From Octopus sinensis (lineage: Eukaryota): a stretch of 7,897 nt of DNA. This document shows, piece by piece, positions 6,950-7,897 of the stretch. The notes under the pieces were generated by a model. That model saw nothing but the letters and a program-made list of their open reading frames with translations, was not told the DNA's origin and ran no database searches. Every line of letters starts with the position of its first letter. The first letter of the stretch is position 1. Both the position numbers and the translations under genes were made by a program. The stretch is taken from positions 1-7,897 of the forward strand of contig NW_021828636.1 of assembly GCF_006345805.1 (NCBI RefSeq). Reading direction: 5' to 3'.

Positions 6950-7334
6950 GGGAAGCACTCCGTCGGTTACGACGACGAGGGTTCCGGTTGATCCGAATCA
7001 ACGGAACAGCCTGCTCGTGAAATTAACGTGTAAGTGGCTGAGCACTCCACAGACACGTGTACCCTTAACGTAGTTCTCGGGGATATTCAGCGTGACACAG
7101 TGAGTGACAAGGCCGGCCCTCTTGAAATACAGGTACAACCAGAACCAGGAGTAAGAGTGAGAGAAAGTTGTGTGAAAGAGTACAGCATGGATCACCACCA
7201 TCCCCTGCCGGAGCCTCGTGGAGCTTTAGGTGTTTTCGCTCAATAAACACTCACAACGCCCGGTCTGGGAATCGAAACCGCGATCCTACGACCGCGAGTC
7301 CGCTGCCCTAACCACTGGGCCATTGCGCCGCCAC
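6950..7334 (-). mobile_element. SINE family C, full-length copy (tRNA-Arg-like head) with an 11-bp target-site duplication
   Basis: The minus strand begins GTGGCGGCGCAATGGCCCAGTGGTTAGGGCAGCGGACTCGCGGTCGTAGGATCGCGGTTTCGATTCCC, collinear with eukaryotic tRNA-Arg. A box at 7312-7322 and B-box-like motif at 7267-7279. AATGCTCTTGT flanks it exactly at 6939-6949 and 7335-7345. It may belong to the tRNA-Arg-related octopus OR families (not verified). Confidence 0.9.
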
Positions 7335-7341
7335 AATGCTC

Positions 7342-7524
7342 TTGTACCGGCATTTCAAAGGGCTCCAGCCTTGTCATTCTGTGTCACGCTGAATCTCCCC
7401 GAGAACTACGTTAAGAGTACACGTGTCTGTGGAGTGCTCAGCCACTTGCACGTTAATTTCACGAGCAGGCTGTTCTGTTGATCGGATTAACTTACTCTCG
7501 TCGTCGTAACCGACGGAGTACCAC
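7342..7524 (+). mobile_element. SINE family C, 5'-truncated copy in opposite orientation
   Basis: Reverse complement of 6957-7138. The core 7379-7475 matches 7004-7100 at 94/97, and 7497-7519 matches 6957-6979 at 23/23. Confidence 0.9.
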
Positions 7525-7644
7525 GATTAATTTGTTACTCAATCTGTTACATAAAACCATGTTCTTTATTTTCTTTCGTTTACATTTTCTTCCTATAAAC
7601 ATTATCCTGTGTACATAGTGCAGTGTGACACAGACCTACGCACA

Positions 7645-7730
7645 ATCTCTCTCTTTCTCTCTCTCCCTCTCTCTCTCTCTCTCCCTCTCTCTCACTCTCT
7701 CTCTCTCTCTCTCGCACACACATACACACA
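7645..7730. repeat. (CT)n followed by (CA)n microsatellite
   Basis: Direct reading of the sequence. Confidence 0.95.
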
Positions 7731-7825
7731 TGTGCAAGTCGGTTAAATGCTTTGCTCTGCTGATGAGTTCACAATAAGGCTGAAGCTACAGGGTTGACTC
7801 AAAAGTGTTTCTCATCAAATAGTTG

Positions 7826-7897
7826 ATTGAGAGAGGGTGCGAGAGAGAGGAGAGGAGCGAGATAGAGAGGGAGGGATGGGAGAAGACAGAAAGCGGG
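7826..7897 (+). repeat. GA-rich low-complexity tract running to the window end
   Basis: Direct reading of the sequence. Confidence 0.8.

Noticed and set aside
7260-7334. Functional tRNA gene
   Set aside because: The acceptor and T stems do not pair properly, and the sequence continues into a SINE body bounded by a TSD.
7755-7810. CTGATGAG as a hammerhead core
   Set aside because: No GAAA box follows a closable stem II (only GAAG or CAAAA), and stems I and III are absent.

Overview
This is repeat-dense, AT-rich animal genomic DNA with no complete protein-coding gene. The SINE families and extreme microsatellite load look like octopus (coleoid cephalopod); that is recognition from memory, not a database result. 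The window holds three tRNA-headed SINE families (A, B and C here) in seven copies or fragments. It also holds a decayed, 5'-truncated R4/Dong-clade non-LTR retrotransposon (CCHC finger plus restriction-like endonuclease) whose 3' end abuts a (TAA)n array, two minisatellites, and long GA- and CT-rich tracts. A possible spliced terminal exon on the minus strand would encode a His/Gln-rich C-terminus. Almost all ORFs in the supplied track are artefacts of simple repeats or of SINE sequence. The most interesting structures are two cases of a SINE inserted antisense into, or at the edge of, an older copy of its own family (one bounded by an 11-bp TSD and making a near-perfect long inverted repeat), an (ATT)n array shared by three different retroelements, and a degenerate minimal-hammerhead-like motif. 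No new biological system is demonstrated; the leading hypotheses are flagged as inference.
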